Below, in pieces: positions 27,705-37,419 of a stretch of 64,000 nt of DNA; position 1 is the first letter of the stretch, and every line of letters starts with the position of its first letter. Location: IMG/VR virus record IMGVR_UViG_3300024344_003081; one strand, written 5' to 3'. A program made the position numbers and the translations under genes. The notes beneath the pieces are model-generated. The model worked only from the letters and a program-made list of their open reading frames with translations. It ran no database searches and had not been told where the DNA came from. This DNA comes from a virus. Lineage: Duplodnaviria; Caudoviricetes.

Positions 27705-29061
27705 ATGGGGAACAACATTTGGTTCTCATGATGGAGCATTAGCAGTTTTTGAAAATGATAAACTTGTATTTGCTTCTGATGCAGAACGATGGTCAAGAAA
27801 AAAAAATGATCCTATCATTCCAGGTAGATTGGTAGAATTTGCAGAGAATAAATGGGGGGTTCCTGAAACAGTATATTTTTATGAAGATTGGAATCTTAAA
27901 AATGAACGAAGAAAATTTGCAGGACAAACATCTCTTGATGAAGTTTATTTTAAATATCCCATCAGATATTGTAATCATCATTTGTCTCATGCTCGTTATG
28001 GCTATTGGACTTCTCCTTTTGTAGATTGTACAGTTTTAGTGTTAGATGCAATTGGTGAATGGAATACTATGACTCAATGGAAAGTGAAAGATGGTAATTT
28101 TTCATTAAGTAGAGAATGGAATTATCCTAAATCTCTTGGTTTGTTTTATTCTGCAATGACTCAGGCGGCAGGTTGGAAACCAAATGAAGAAGAATATATT
28201 TTGATGGGAGCATCAGCAGTCACACAAAACTACAATATACATGATTATCAATATATTAAATCAATGTGGGACGATAATAAAAGTTTTCATCAAGGAATAG
28301 ATATAGAAGGATTGACTGATGAGTTTGAGATAGCCGCTATAGCACAAGACATTTATGAAGAAGAATTTCAAAAAATTATAGGTGAAATTGATGATGAAAA
28401 TCTTGTTTTTGTTGGAGGATGTGCTTTAAACGTATCAGCAAATCGTTTTCTTACAAAATTTAATACATTTATTCCCTGCAACCCAGGTGATGGTGGATCT
28501 GCTATTGGGTGTGCTTTAGATCATAAAATAGAAGCAAATCCATATCTTGGTTACGAAATTGCAGGAGAATATCCCGTCACAGAAATTATCAAAGAACTTA
28601 AAGAAAATCATATGGTAGGTGTGGCGAAGGGTCGAGCAGAATTTGGACCAAGAGCATTGGGTAATAGATCATTTCTTGCTGATCCATCTCTTCCTGATAT
28701 GAAAGATAGAGTGAATAAAGTTAAAGGACGAGAAGAATTTAGACCATTTGCACCAATGATATTAAAAGAAGATGTAGACAGATATTTTGAAAAAGGTATT
28801 TCATCACCTTTTATGAATACAATTCGTAAGGCAAAGAAAGAAACATTGGATAAATATATGTGTATAGTACATTTAGATGGAACATCAAGAATACAAGAAG
28901 TGTCTGAGGAACCACACAGAACCCTACTTGAAGAATGGAAAAAAGAAACAGGATGTCCAATGCTATTGAATACTTCTTTGAATATTAAGGGAGAACCAAT
29001 AGTAAATACTGAACAAGATGCTAAAAAGTTTAAATTAAAAACAGGCATAGAAGTTTTATAG
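27697..29061 (+). CDS. carbamoyltransferase (CmcH/NodU/TobZ family)
   Basis: SHDGA, HHLSHA, DAIGE, GGCALN, EFGPRALGNRS, REEFRPFAP, LNTSLN. Confidence 0.93.
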   Translation: MIKWGTTFGSHDGALAVFENDKLVFASDAERWSRKKNDPIIPGRLVEFAENKWGVPETVYFYEDWNLKNERRKFAGQTSLDEVYFKYPIRYCNHHLSHARYGYWTSPFVDCTVLVLDAIGEWNTMTQWKVKDGNFSLSREWNYPKSLGLFYSAMTQAAGWKPNEEEYILMGASAVTQNYNIHDYQYIKSMWDDNKSFHQGIDIEGLTDEFEIAAIAQDIYEEEFQKIIGEIDDENLVFVGGCALNVSANRFLTKFNTFIPCNPGDGGSAIGCALDHKIEANPYLGYEIAGEYPVTEIIKELKENHMVGVAKGRAEFGPRALGNRSFLADPSLPDMKDRVNKVKGREEFRPFAPMILKEDVDRYFEKGISSPFMNTIRKAKKETLDKYMCIVHLDGTSRIQEVSEEPHRTLLEEWKKETGCPMLLNTSLNIKGEPIVNTEQDAKKFKLKTGIEVL

Positions 29062-29068
29062 GAGACAT

Positions 29069-29749
29069 ATGCACATGCATGGATCATTTAATAAGATGTT
29101 GAGAGAGACTATTCATGAATCTCAAAAATGTCAAAGAAACTGGGATTTAAGTAAGCAAATTTCAGAAGAAGATAAAAATTTAATAGTTGAAGCGGCTACA
29201 AATTCTCCTTCAAAACAAAATTTAAATTATTTTAAATTACATGTGATTGAAGATAGAGATATGATCGAAGACATACATGAAAATACTAGAGGATTTGGTC
29301 CAATTTATAAAAATTTTGATGCTGATAAAACTCCAAAAAAATTATCAGAAGAAGGAAAAGCTCATTATGAAGAAGGGGATGGTGATGGGAATTGGTACAC
29401 TAATTCTCAAGTTTTAGGACAACTGTTGTTAGCATTTACTAAAAATGAACCAACACAAATACGAGAAGAAGATGATTCTTATGAAGAAGATCGAGCCATG
29501 GCTATTGGAATAGCGGCGGGTTATGTAAATGTGATTGCTACTCAATTGGGATATTCTACTGGATGTTGTAAATGTATGGATTCTGATACAATACAGAATA
29601 TTTTAGGAGGAGAAGCCCCTATTTTGTTGATGGGAGTTGGTGTAGCAGATAAAACAAGAGATCGTAGAGAACATCATACAGAAACCAATTTTACATTTCC
29701 CTCATTAAAATCTCTGAAAAATATTGAGACTGTTACATATCCAGCATAA
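29069..29749 (+). CDS. nitroreductase-family flavoprotein
   Basis: QRNWD..AA.NSPSKQN..GIAAG..A..LGY.TGC. Confidence 0.7.
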   Translation: MHMHGSFNKMLRETIHESQKCQRNWDLSKQISEEDKNLIVEAATNSPSKQNLNYFKLHVIEDRDMIEDIHENTRGFGPIYKNFDADKTPKKLSEEGKAHYEEGDGDGNWYTNSQVLGQLLLAFTKNEPTQIREEDDSYEEDRAMAIGIAAGYVNVIATQLGYSTGCCKCMDSDTIQNILGGEAPILLMGVGVADKTRDRREHHTETNFTFPSLKSLKNIETVTYPA

Positions 29750-29768
29750 CAAAATAATATAGGATATT

Positions 29769-31004
29769 ATGAAAATATGCATAGTGGGAGGTAGTACCGC
29801 AGGTTGGTGGGCGGCAGGTTATCTGGAAAAAAATATGCCAGAGTGTGAAATTGTATTATATGATTCTCCTGATATACCAAATTTAGGTGTAGGGGAATCT
29901 ACCTTACCTCAAATAAAAACTTGGTTTGATGATATAGGAATAAAAGAAGAAAATTGGTTTGATAAGTGTAATGCCGTTAAGAAATATGGTAATTATAAGC
30001 AAGGTTGGAATACTCCCCCAATAGATGATTCAATGACATTGAGATTTTGGTATGATAGGGGATTATTTGAAGATTTATTTAATGAACCTCAAAATTGGAA
30101 TAAAGATCAAACTCCAAAGAAACAAAATTTTTATGATGTTTTTGAAACAAATTATGATTATGCTTATCATATTTGTGCAGAGTCATCTGGAAAAATGTTG
30201 AAGAATTTTTGTGAACGTACTGAAACACGATATGAGACACTTGATAAATTACCCCCTGGTTTTGATTTATATCTTGATTGTACAGGTTTTAGTAGAAAGT
30301 TTGTTAATGATTTTACTGAGATGTCTATCAGTAAATATCATATTCTAGATAATGCATGGGTTATAAATCTACAAAGAGAAAATGATGTTCCCATTTGTGA
30401 TTTTACAAAATCTATTGCAAAAAAATATGGATGGCAATTTCAAATAGATTTACAAAACAGAACAGGTATAGGTTATGTTTTTAGTAGTCAACATATTGAT
30501 GTTGAATCTGCTCTTTTAGAGTTTAGAACGTTTTATAAGAATCGTACTCCGGTGGAAAGTGGTCATTTATGTGAACCCAAATTATATCAATGGAAACCAC
30601 TTGTACTTCAAAATCCTTGGTCAAATAATATTGTAGCACTTGGTACTTCAGCGGGTTTTGTAGAACCTTTAGAAGCTACCACACTTTTTAATTTGCAAGC
30701 AGGTATAACTACTTTAGTAAGATGTTTGAAACATAAAATTCCATCAAAAGTGTATAACCGACAAATGAGAAATATTTGGAGAGACAGTTTACGGTTTATA
30801 GAATGTCATTATACGTTGAGTGATCGAAAAGATTCTAGTTTTTGGAGATATATAACAAAAGAAAAACCCAAATATCAAAAATTAATTTGGGAATATTATG
30901 ATAAATATAGTTCTGAATTTACAAATATTTTTCCATCAGGCGTCTGGGCTCAACAAATAATTTATATGAATGCATATGATAATAGGACCACTGCAACTAA
31001 CTGA
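29769..31004 (+). CDS. tryptophan halogenase-family FAD enzyme
   Basis: IVGGSTAGW, GVGEST, AVKKYG, DCTGF, GWQFQIDL, GFVEPLEAT. Confidence 0.85.
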   Translation: MKICIVGGSTAGWWAAGYLEKNMPECEIVLYDSPDIPNLGVGESTLPQIKTWFDDIGIKEENWFDKCNAVKKYGNYKQGWNTPPIDDSMTLRFWYDRGLFEDLFNEPQNWNKDQTPKKQNFYDVFETNYDYAYHICAESSGKMLKNFCERTETRYETLDKLPPGFDLYLDCTGFSRKFVNDFTEMSISKYHILDNAWVINLQRENDVPICDFTKSIAKKYGWQFQIDLQNRTGIGYVFSSQHIDVESALLEFRTFYKNRTPVESGHLCEPKLYQWKPLVLQNPWSNNIVALGTSAGFVEPLEATTLFNLQAGITTLVRCLKHKIPSKVYNRQMRNIWRDSLRFIECHYTLSDRKDSSFWRYITKEKPKYQKLIWEYYDKYSSEFTNIFPSGVWAQQIIYMNAYDNRTTATN

Positions 31005-31440
31005 TGATCATATTTTACAAGTTCATGAATTTTGTTCTAAGTGTAAAAAATATAATTATGTTAATAATGAATCTCTAGAATCTATGAAATGGGAAAAAGC
31101 AGATTGGTTTGCACATTTTATTAGTGATAAGATAGTTTCATTAAGTGGAGTACATGAATTTTTAGATGGTTTTAGAATAATGTTTAGAGGAGCAACATTA
31201 CCTGGTACGACAAATAAGTTATTAAATAGAGAACAGGCATATGCTCAAATGGCTTTCATACGTAATATTCACGATAAGCCCATTTTTTATTTTACTTTGA
31301 ATATATCAAATAATGTTGGAAGTAAGAGTAATAGATTAAGAAAATGGATGCATAATGGTAAATTTGGTCTGGGAGAATATGTTAAAACTGAAAAAATATT
31401 TGGTATTGAACAAGAGATTTGGCAAGTAAATAATACATGA
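30970..31440 (+). CDS. hypothetical protein (weak GNAT-like impression)
   Basis: coupled ORF; IVSLSGV..RIMFRGATL. Confidence 0.5.
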   Translation: MHMIIGPLQLTDDHILQVHEFCSKCKKYNYVNNESLESMKWEKADWFAHFISDKIVSLSGVHEFLDGFRIMFRGATLPGTTNKLLNREQAYAQMAFIRNIHDKPIFYFTLNISNNVGSKSNRLRKWMHNGKFGLGEYVKTEKIFGIEQEIWQVNNT

Positions 31441-32045
31441 AAATAACTATTTTTACAAGCGGTTCTACAGGACAATCTAAAAAGATTACACATGAAGAGA
31501 CTGATTTTTATAAACCCGCTAGATTTTTGTGTGAAAAATGGAAGTTGACATCTAATGATGTGATTTTAAATCCGTTTCCTTCTTGGACTATTGCAAATTG
31601 GTCTTTTTGTTTTTTTCCAGCACAACTGAGTGGTTGTCAAATGATTAATGTGAAAATGGAACCTTTGAAATTTTGGGATTTGGTTACAGAACTCAGACCT
31701 ACTGTATTAACTCTCCCCATACGTACTATACGTACAATATTAAAACGAAAAAATCCAGATTTAAGTTTTTTAAATATTTTTGCTACAGGTTCTGCTCCTG
31801 TTTCGGAATATGATATACAATTGATGAAAAGTACAGGTGCAAAAAATATTTGGAATATTTATGGTTCTACAGAATGTATTCCTCCAGTTTTAATGTCAAA
31901 TAATGATGAATTCGATTTTAAAGATTCTCCTTATTATCTTGAGTATGATAATACTTTAATCGTGAATGGTTTTGATACTAAAGATAAATTTGAATATAAT
32001 AAATGTTTAGGAAGAATGATTGTAAATGAAACATGGAAGAGTTAA
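31437..32045 (+). CDS. truncated AMP-binding (ANL adenylation) protein
   Basis: FTSGSTGQSK P-loop and YGSTE; only 202 aa. Confidence 0.75.
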   Translation: MKITIFTSGSTGQSKKITHEETDFYKPARFLCEKWKLTSNDVILNPFPSWTIANWSFCFFPAQLSGCQMINVKMEPLKFWDLVTELRPTVLTLPIRTIRTILKRKNPDLSFLNIFATGSAPVSEYDIQLMKSTGAKNIWNIYGSTECIPPVLMSNNDEFDFKDSPYYLEYDNTLIVNGFDTKDKFEYNKCLGRMIVNETWKS

Positions 32046-33223
32046 TCTGTACATATCAACAAAATCATTTATCGATAACACAACCTGAAGGTAAAATAAC
32101 TCCATGTTGTCATTTCGACAATAAACCTTATCCACATTGGGATGAAGTAAATTTAAACTCAGTAAATTCTTTAAGTAAATTACTCAAATCTTATAGATGG
32201 TTTGAATTGAGAGATATTTTTTCTGAAGGTATAAAATATGAAGGATGTATAAATTGCTGGAATGCTGAAAAAATAGGATATTTGAGTAAAAGAGAATATT
32301 ATAATCTTATTTCAGAGAAATATGAAAAAGAAAAAATAGAAGATTTAGAAATTGCTCTAGATTTTAATTGTAATTTCATGTGTAGATCATGTAGACCAGG
32401 TATAAGTTCAAAATGGAATACAGCAACATCTGTTATAGATCAATTAAAAGAATTTGAAAAAGATCATTATGAACCATTATCTATTGACAATTATTCTTTC
32501 AAGTTGCGAACAATATTAGAACAATCTGACCTTTCAAATTTAAAAAGAGTTGCGATAGTTGGAGGGGAGCCTTTTTTAAGTTATAATTTAAAATGGTTTT
32601 TAAATAGTTTAAATTTAGAAAATATACAATTAAAAATTACTACTAATGGAAGTATTTTTCCAGATAAAGAATTGATGGAATTGATGAATAGATGTAAAAA
32701 TGTTTATTTAGATATAAGTATTGATGCAATTGATGATTTAGCAGAAGTGATGAGATTTGGGGCTCCTTGGAAAATGATAGTTAATAATATTGAGAAATTT
32801 TTAAAAACAGATTTTATTGTTAAATTGGTAACTACTGTGAGTATAATGAATATAAATAAATTGCAAAGTATTTTAGAGTTTTCTAGAAAATATAATTTAC
32901 CACAAACATGTTATTCGCTTTTTTGGCCCAATCATTTAAGATCAAATATTGTTCCTTTAGATATAAGAAAATCTTGGACTATTAATCTTCCTCAAAAATT
33001 GAATATAATAGAATTTATGGGATATAAACATAAAAATTATAATGATGTTGAAGATTTTAATACTATAATATTAGATGAAACACAATCAGAGAATAATTTA
33101 TTAGAATTTGTCAAAACAATGAATTATCTTGATGAATTTCAAAATAAAAAATTTTCTGATGTAAATTCTGAAATATGGGAGTTAGCACATACATGCGAGA
33201 GAGTAAAAAAATATTATGCTTAG
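32033..33223 (+). CDS. radical SAM protein with N-terminal Twitch/SPASM-like domain
   Basis: C..PCC..C..C then CNFMCRSC, GGEP. Confidence 0.88.
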   Translation: MEELICTYQQNHLSITQPEGKITPCCHFDNKPYPHWDEVNLNSVNSLSKLLKSYRWFELRDIFSEGIKYEGCINCWNAEKIGYLSKREYYNLISEKYEKEKIEDLEIALDFNCNFMCRSCRPGISSKWNTATSVIDQLKEFEKDHYEPLSIDNYSFKLRTILEQSDLSNLKRVAIVGGEPFLSYNLKWFLNSLNLENIQLKITTNGSIFPDKELMELMNRCKNVYLDISIDAIDDLAEVMRFGAPWKMIVNNIEKFLKTDFIVKLVTTVSIMNINKLQSILEFSRKYNLPQTCYSLFWPNHLRSNIVPLDIRKSWTINLPQKLNIIEFMGYKHKNYNDVEDFNTIILDETQSENNLLEFVKTMNYLDEFQNKKFSDVNSEIWELAHTCERVKKYYA

Positions 33224-33918
33224 GATGTAGTTATACAGATAAAAATTATAGACCTGATCTTACATTTTTAAGATGGCCTGAAATTTTAGGTCAAGAGTTA
33301 AATGTTGAAATTATTAATTTAGGTCAAACTGCAGTTGGAAATGAAAAAATTTTTTATATTTTATATGATTATTTATATGATAATTCTGATATAACTGATG
33401 TATGCATTTTATGGACAGGATGGGATAGACAAAGTTTTTTCGAAACAGATTCTAAAGACATAACCTCTTCTCTTATTATGAGAATGATACAAGAATATGA
33501 AAGAGGCCTGCCGCATGGTTTTGCATATAAACATTTTTCATTAGAAAAAGTGGTTAATTTAAATTTAAGAATGTTTTATATGACTAAACAATTATGTGAA
33601 TCTAAAGATATAAATTATCTTTGTAGTCAAGGCATTAGTCCTTTACAAATATCAAAACTTGAAAAATTTAAACTTCAAGGTTATAATGCTCCCTATGATA
33701 TTTTTAATCTTGGTGAATTTACAAATTTATGTAAGAAAAATCGTTATTGGGAAGGACATATGCCCAATCTTTTACATATTTTAGATTATGAAAATAAAAA
33801 AGAGTTTCATATAAGTAAAGAAGATTTTCATCCTAATGAATTGGGACATAAAGCTATATCAAATTATTTTTTAACATATTATAAAAATGATATGGAAGGT
33901 GATTTTATATATGAATGA
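33193..33918 (+). CDS. SGNH/GDSL-like protein
   Basis: CLGCSY, GN, DFHPNELGH; ends FIYE. Confidence 0.7.
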   Translation: MRESKKILCLGCSYTDKNYRPDLTFLRWPEILGQELNVEIINLGQTAVGNEKIFYILYDYLYDNSDITDVCILWTGWDRQSFFETDSKDITSSLIMRMIQEYERGLPHGFAYKHFSLEKVVNLNLRMFYMTKQLCESKDINYLCSQGISPLQISKLEKFKLQGYNAPYDIFNLGEFTNLCKKNRYWEGHMPNLLHILDYENKKEFHISKEDFHPNELGHKAISNYFLTYYKNDMEGDFIYE

Positions 33919-34741
33919 AACATATAGTGCTATAAAAGGAGGAAGAAGATATTTTGGTGAAATGAAAAATAATTTAGAACATGGATTGGGTTTTTATGAT
34001 ATTGAATTATGGAATCAAAAGTTTGTTGGAGAATTTTTAAATGATAAAGCAACAGGAATAGGTTTAAAAATTCAAGGTTCAGGAACAGATTGGGAACGAA
34101 AAATTGTTTGTGAATTTAATAATAATTCACATGAAGGTATAGGAATGTATAAGTGGCCTTCGGGAGCAACATATGTTGGCGAATTTAAAGATGATCGTGC
34201 TTATGGTATGGGATGTTTCAGGATATGGAATGGAAATAAATATTTTGGAAAAATGGGTATTGGTCCTATGGGAATGAAGGGTGATGATTTTTGGATAATG
34301 GGTGATGGAAAATGGACAGACTCTTTATCGCATAATTTTGATGAACATGGTTTTTGTAAAAAAAAGAATAAAGAGATATGGCCTGATGGAACTTACTATG
34401 TTGGCGAATTTGATGATCATGAAAATTATTGTGGAACTGGTACATTGATATTTTCTAAAAGTAGATTTTATGAAGGTGAATTTTTAAATGGGTATTTTCA
34501 TGGACAGGGTATTTTTTATCATGGAAATGAATATGTGATGGGCGAATTTAAAGATGGTCATGTGCATGGATATGGTGAAGCAATATTTAACACAGGAAGT
34601 TATAAAGGATATTGGCAAAAAAATAGATTTCATGGAAAAGGAATTTTAAAATTTAAAGATGAAACATATGATGGTGAATTTTATAACATAAACATAAATG
34701 ATTCAGGAGGTCGTGATACAGGTTTTCGTAGGTTACGATAA
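33911..34741 (+). CDS. MORN-repeat protein
   Basis: repeated Y.GEF..G..HG.G units. Confidence 0.85.
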   Translation: MNETYSAIKGGRRYFGEMKNNLEHGLGFYDIELWNQKFVGEFLNDKATGIGLKIQGSGTDWERKIVCEFNNNSHEGIGMYKWPSGATYVGEFKDDRAYGMGCFRIWNGNKYFGKMGIGPMGMKGDDFWIMGDGKWTDSLSHNFDEHGFCKKKNKEIWPDGTYYVGEFDDHENYCGTGTLIFSKSRFYEGEFLNGYFHGQGIFYHGNEYVMGEFKDGHVHGYGEAIFNTGSYKGYWQKNRFHGKGILKFKDETYDGEFYNININDSGGRDTGFRRLR

Positions 34742-35303
34742 TGAAAGATCATGGATACATGATAATTGTATAGACAGTTTAAAAAAATTTGGATGTCAAT
34801 CAAATCCCATAGGCTCTTCTTTATTAAGTTCAACTATATGGTATAGAGAAAGGAATATTAAAGATTCAACTGAGTTTTCTGTGTGTAGATTTTTAGTTCC
34901 GTTTCTTTCTAATTTTGAAGGATGGTCTATTTTTATGGATGATGATTTTATATGGAAAGTAGATCCAATGGAATTAAAACAATTTTGTGATCCATCAAAA
35001 TCAGTATTGGTATGTCAGCATAATTATACACCCAAAACTGAAAAAAAATGGGGTGATTTAATTCAGTTTAAATACGAAAGAAAAAATTGGTCTTCATTGA
35101 TGTTATTTAATAATTCACATTCAGATTGCCGAAAATTATCAGTTCGAATGATTAATAGCATTCAGCCTTTGTGGTTGCATCAATTTAAATGGACCTCATC
35201 AATTGGAAGCATACCTTTAGAATATAATCATCTTGTGGGAGAATATGATAACATAGAAGAAGCAAAAGCATTGCATTATACAAACGGATATGATAACAGT
35301 TAA
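34698..35303 (+). CDS. GT8-like glycosyltransferase
   Basis: TEFS..RFLVP, FMDDD, RKNWSSLMLFN, LHYTNG. Confidence 0.8.
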   Translation: MIQEVVIQVFVGYDNERSWIHDNCIDSLKKFGCQSNPIGSSLLSSTIWYRERNIKDSTEFSVCRFLVPFLSNFEGWSIFMDDDFIWKVDPMELKQFCDPSKSVLVCQHNYTPKTEKKWGDLIQFKYERKNWSSLMLFNNSHSDCRKLSVRMINSIQPLWLHQFKWTSSIGSIPLEYNHLVGEYDNIEEAKALHYTNGYDNS

Positions 35304-36333
35304 AACAATAATAGAAAGTCCAAAAGAATTTAAAGATAAAGAATCTTTTAAATCTTTTATGGTAAAAGAATATGCTCCAGAATCTTCTAGTATTAGAAAA
35401 TATAATTTCGATTTAATGGATAAATATGGACATTGTTTCTTCAATTTACAATTTCTTCCTCCAAATACAGGAGTTCTTTATCATAGATATCATACACAAG
35501 AAGAATATGAAAAAAGTATTCCTTTAAGAGAAGAACAGGAGAGAGAATTTATAAATGCGGGATTAAAATATGAATATGAACTTAACTCAAAAATATCTAT
35601 TATTGATGAAGAAGAATATGAAAAATTACATATATCAGAACTTGCCCCAATAGATATAAAAATTGATGTAGAATATTTTTTAGAAGAAATTGTACAATAT
35701 AAAAAATATTTTAAACAATGGGGTGATAAATTTCAAGATTATGGAAGATTTGGATTACCATTAGTTAACATGAACGGAATGATTGATAATGAAATAGAAC
35801 CTTCATGTTGGCCTTTAGATAGATGGAATTTTGTTAATTTGGGTTATAGAGATACTCCAGAAGATTTTACTAAATTTTATACAAATTCTTTTGATATGTC
35901 TACTATGGTAAATGAAACAGATTTTACATTTAAAACAGAAGTTATGAACATACCTTCATTAAAAGTTTTAAAGCCCATTGAAAAATATATGATTCGTTCT
36001 TGTATTTTAAAATTTCATACACTTGCACATTTTAAACCCCATGTAGACACCTGGAAAGAAAAATCTTCTTGGTTACGATTGTGGGGCACTACTCATCCTG
36101 ATTCTGTAAAATTACGTTATAAATCTGATGAAGGGGAAAAATTAGTGTGGAATGATATTAAAAAAGAATATGAAAGTTATATTCCTATAGAAAATATAGA
36201 AGCAGGAAGATTATATTTACATGATAGTTCAATATGGCATGATGCAATGTCATTTGAAGATAATACATATCAATTTTTTATTGCATTATCACCAAATGCT
36301 TTTCAAACATTGGGAGCGTTATGTATAGAGTAG
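35290..36333 (+). CDS. protein with C-terminal cupin/2OG oxygenase domain
   Basis: RSCIL..PHVD..GRLYL..WHDA. Confidence 0.55.
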   Translation: MITVKTIIESPKEFKDKESFKSFMVKEYAPESSSIRKYNFDLMDKYGHCFFNLQFLPPNTGVLYHRYHTQEEYEKSIPLREEQEREFINAGLKYEYELNSKISIIDEEEYEKLHISELAPIDIKIDVEYFLEEIVQYKKYFKQWGDKFQDYGRFGLPLVNMNGMIDNEIEPSCWPLDRWNFVNLGYRDTPEDFTKFYTNSFDMSTMVNETDFTFKTEVMNIPSLKVLKPIEKYMIRSCILKFHTLAHFKPHVDTWKEKSSWLRLWGTTHPDSVKLRYKSDEGEKLVWNDIKKEYESYIPIENIEAGRLYLHDSSIWHDAMSFEDNTYQFFIALSPNAFQTLGALCIE

Positions 36334-36842
36334 AAGATAATTTTTATGATTTTCCAATATTTTTAGAAATATTGAATTTAATTAAAGATAGACCTCTTAA
36401 TCAAATACCAGAGAAATATGATGGGAAGAGATGTTCTTATGGTGAAACTAGACAATATTTAACTGAAGATTCTGTTCTTGCTGATCTTATACTTTCTAAA
36501 TTTCCTTATAAAAAAGATTATAGAAGAAAAATAGAAATAGGTAATGATGTAAATGGTTTTTGGTTAAAACCGCATTCTGATCATTCAGCAAAAAAAGATG
36601 TTACAGTAATTTATTTTGAAGGTCAACAAAATAACGGAACTACTTTTCATTATGAAGATCATAATGAAACAACGGAATTTATTCCTAATAGAGCGGTTCA
36701 TTTTTATCCTGATTTAAAAGATACTTATGATTCTGAAAGTTGGAAACATTCAGTTAAAAAAATTGATATGAATGTTAGACGAACTATAGTTGTAAATTAT
36801 GTTGATAATACTTGGAGGGATATAGAAGATTGTTATGATTGA
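36321..36842 (+). CDS. 2OG-Fe(II) oxygenase-like protein
   Basis: LKPHSD..FIPNRA..WKHSV..RR. Confidence 0.65.
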   Translation: MYRVEDNFYDFPIFLEILNLIKDRPLNQIPEKYDGKRCSYGETRQYLTEDSVLADLILSKFPYKKDYRRKIEIGNDVNGFWLKPHSDHSAKKDVTVIYFEGQQNNGTTFHYEDHNETTEFIPNRAVHFYPDLKDTYDSESWKHSVKKIDMNVRRTIVVNYVDNTWRDIEDCYD

Positions 36843-37419
36843 TCGAATAGGAAAATTGTTGGATCTGAATAAAATAAAAGAATTTTTTAACAGATCAGAT
36901 AAAGAACAATTTGAATATACAGGATTAGAACGTACAGATGGATTAGCAAATCATGGATATAGAGGATTAGGAGAAGAATTAGCGGCAAAGGAAAGTTATA
37001 ATTTTTCAAGACATCATGGATATAATCCTTTTGAATCTGAAGAAATTTTTGATTCTTTAGATGATATTGTTAGAAAATATTATGATGAAGATTTTGATGC
37101 AATTCTTAGAATAACACATTACCCTAAAATAAAATTAAAAATTACTGGCAATGATAGTGAAGGAGAAGGTGATAAAATTTTTAGATTATGTTCACATAAA
37201 GATTATGGTCCCCTAACCTTATATTATGAATATACTCCCAATACAGGATTTCAAATTTTTAGAAATGAAGAATGGATAGATCCTGGATCTTGTATTATTT
37301 GGAATGAACTACATCGGGTAGTATATACAGATCCCATAAAAGAAAGATGGACTGTGACTTATCATGTAGATTATAAAGATTGTAAGATTTCAATGAATAC
37401 TAGATTAGGAATAAAATGA
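36835..37419 (+). CDS. IPNS-type 2OG-Fe(II) oxygenase
   Basis: LRITHYP, HKDYGPLTL, GFQI, LHRV, ERW. Confidence 0.75.
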   Translation: MIDRIGKLLDLNKIKEFFNRSDKEQFEYTGLERTDGLANHGYRGLGEELAAKESYNFSRHHGYNPFESEEIFDSLDDIVRKYYDEDFDAILRITHYPKIKLKITGNDSEGEGDKIFRLCSHKDYGPLTLYYEYTPNTGFQIFRNEEWIDPGSCIIWNELHRVVYTDPIKERWTVTYHVDYKDCKISMNTRLGIK

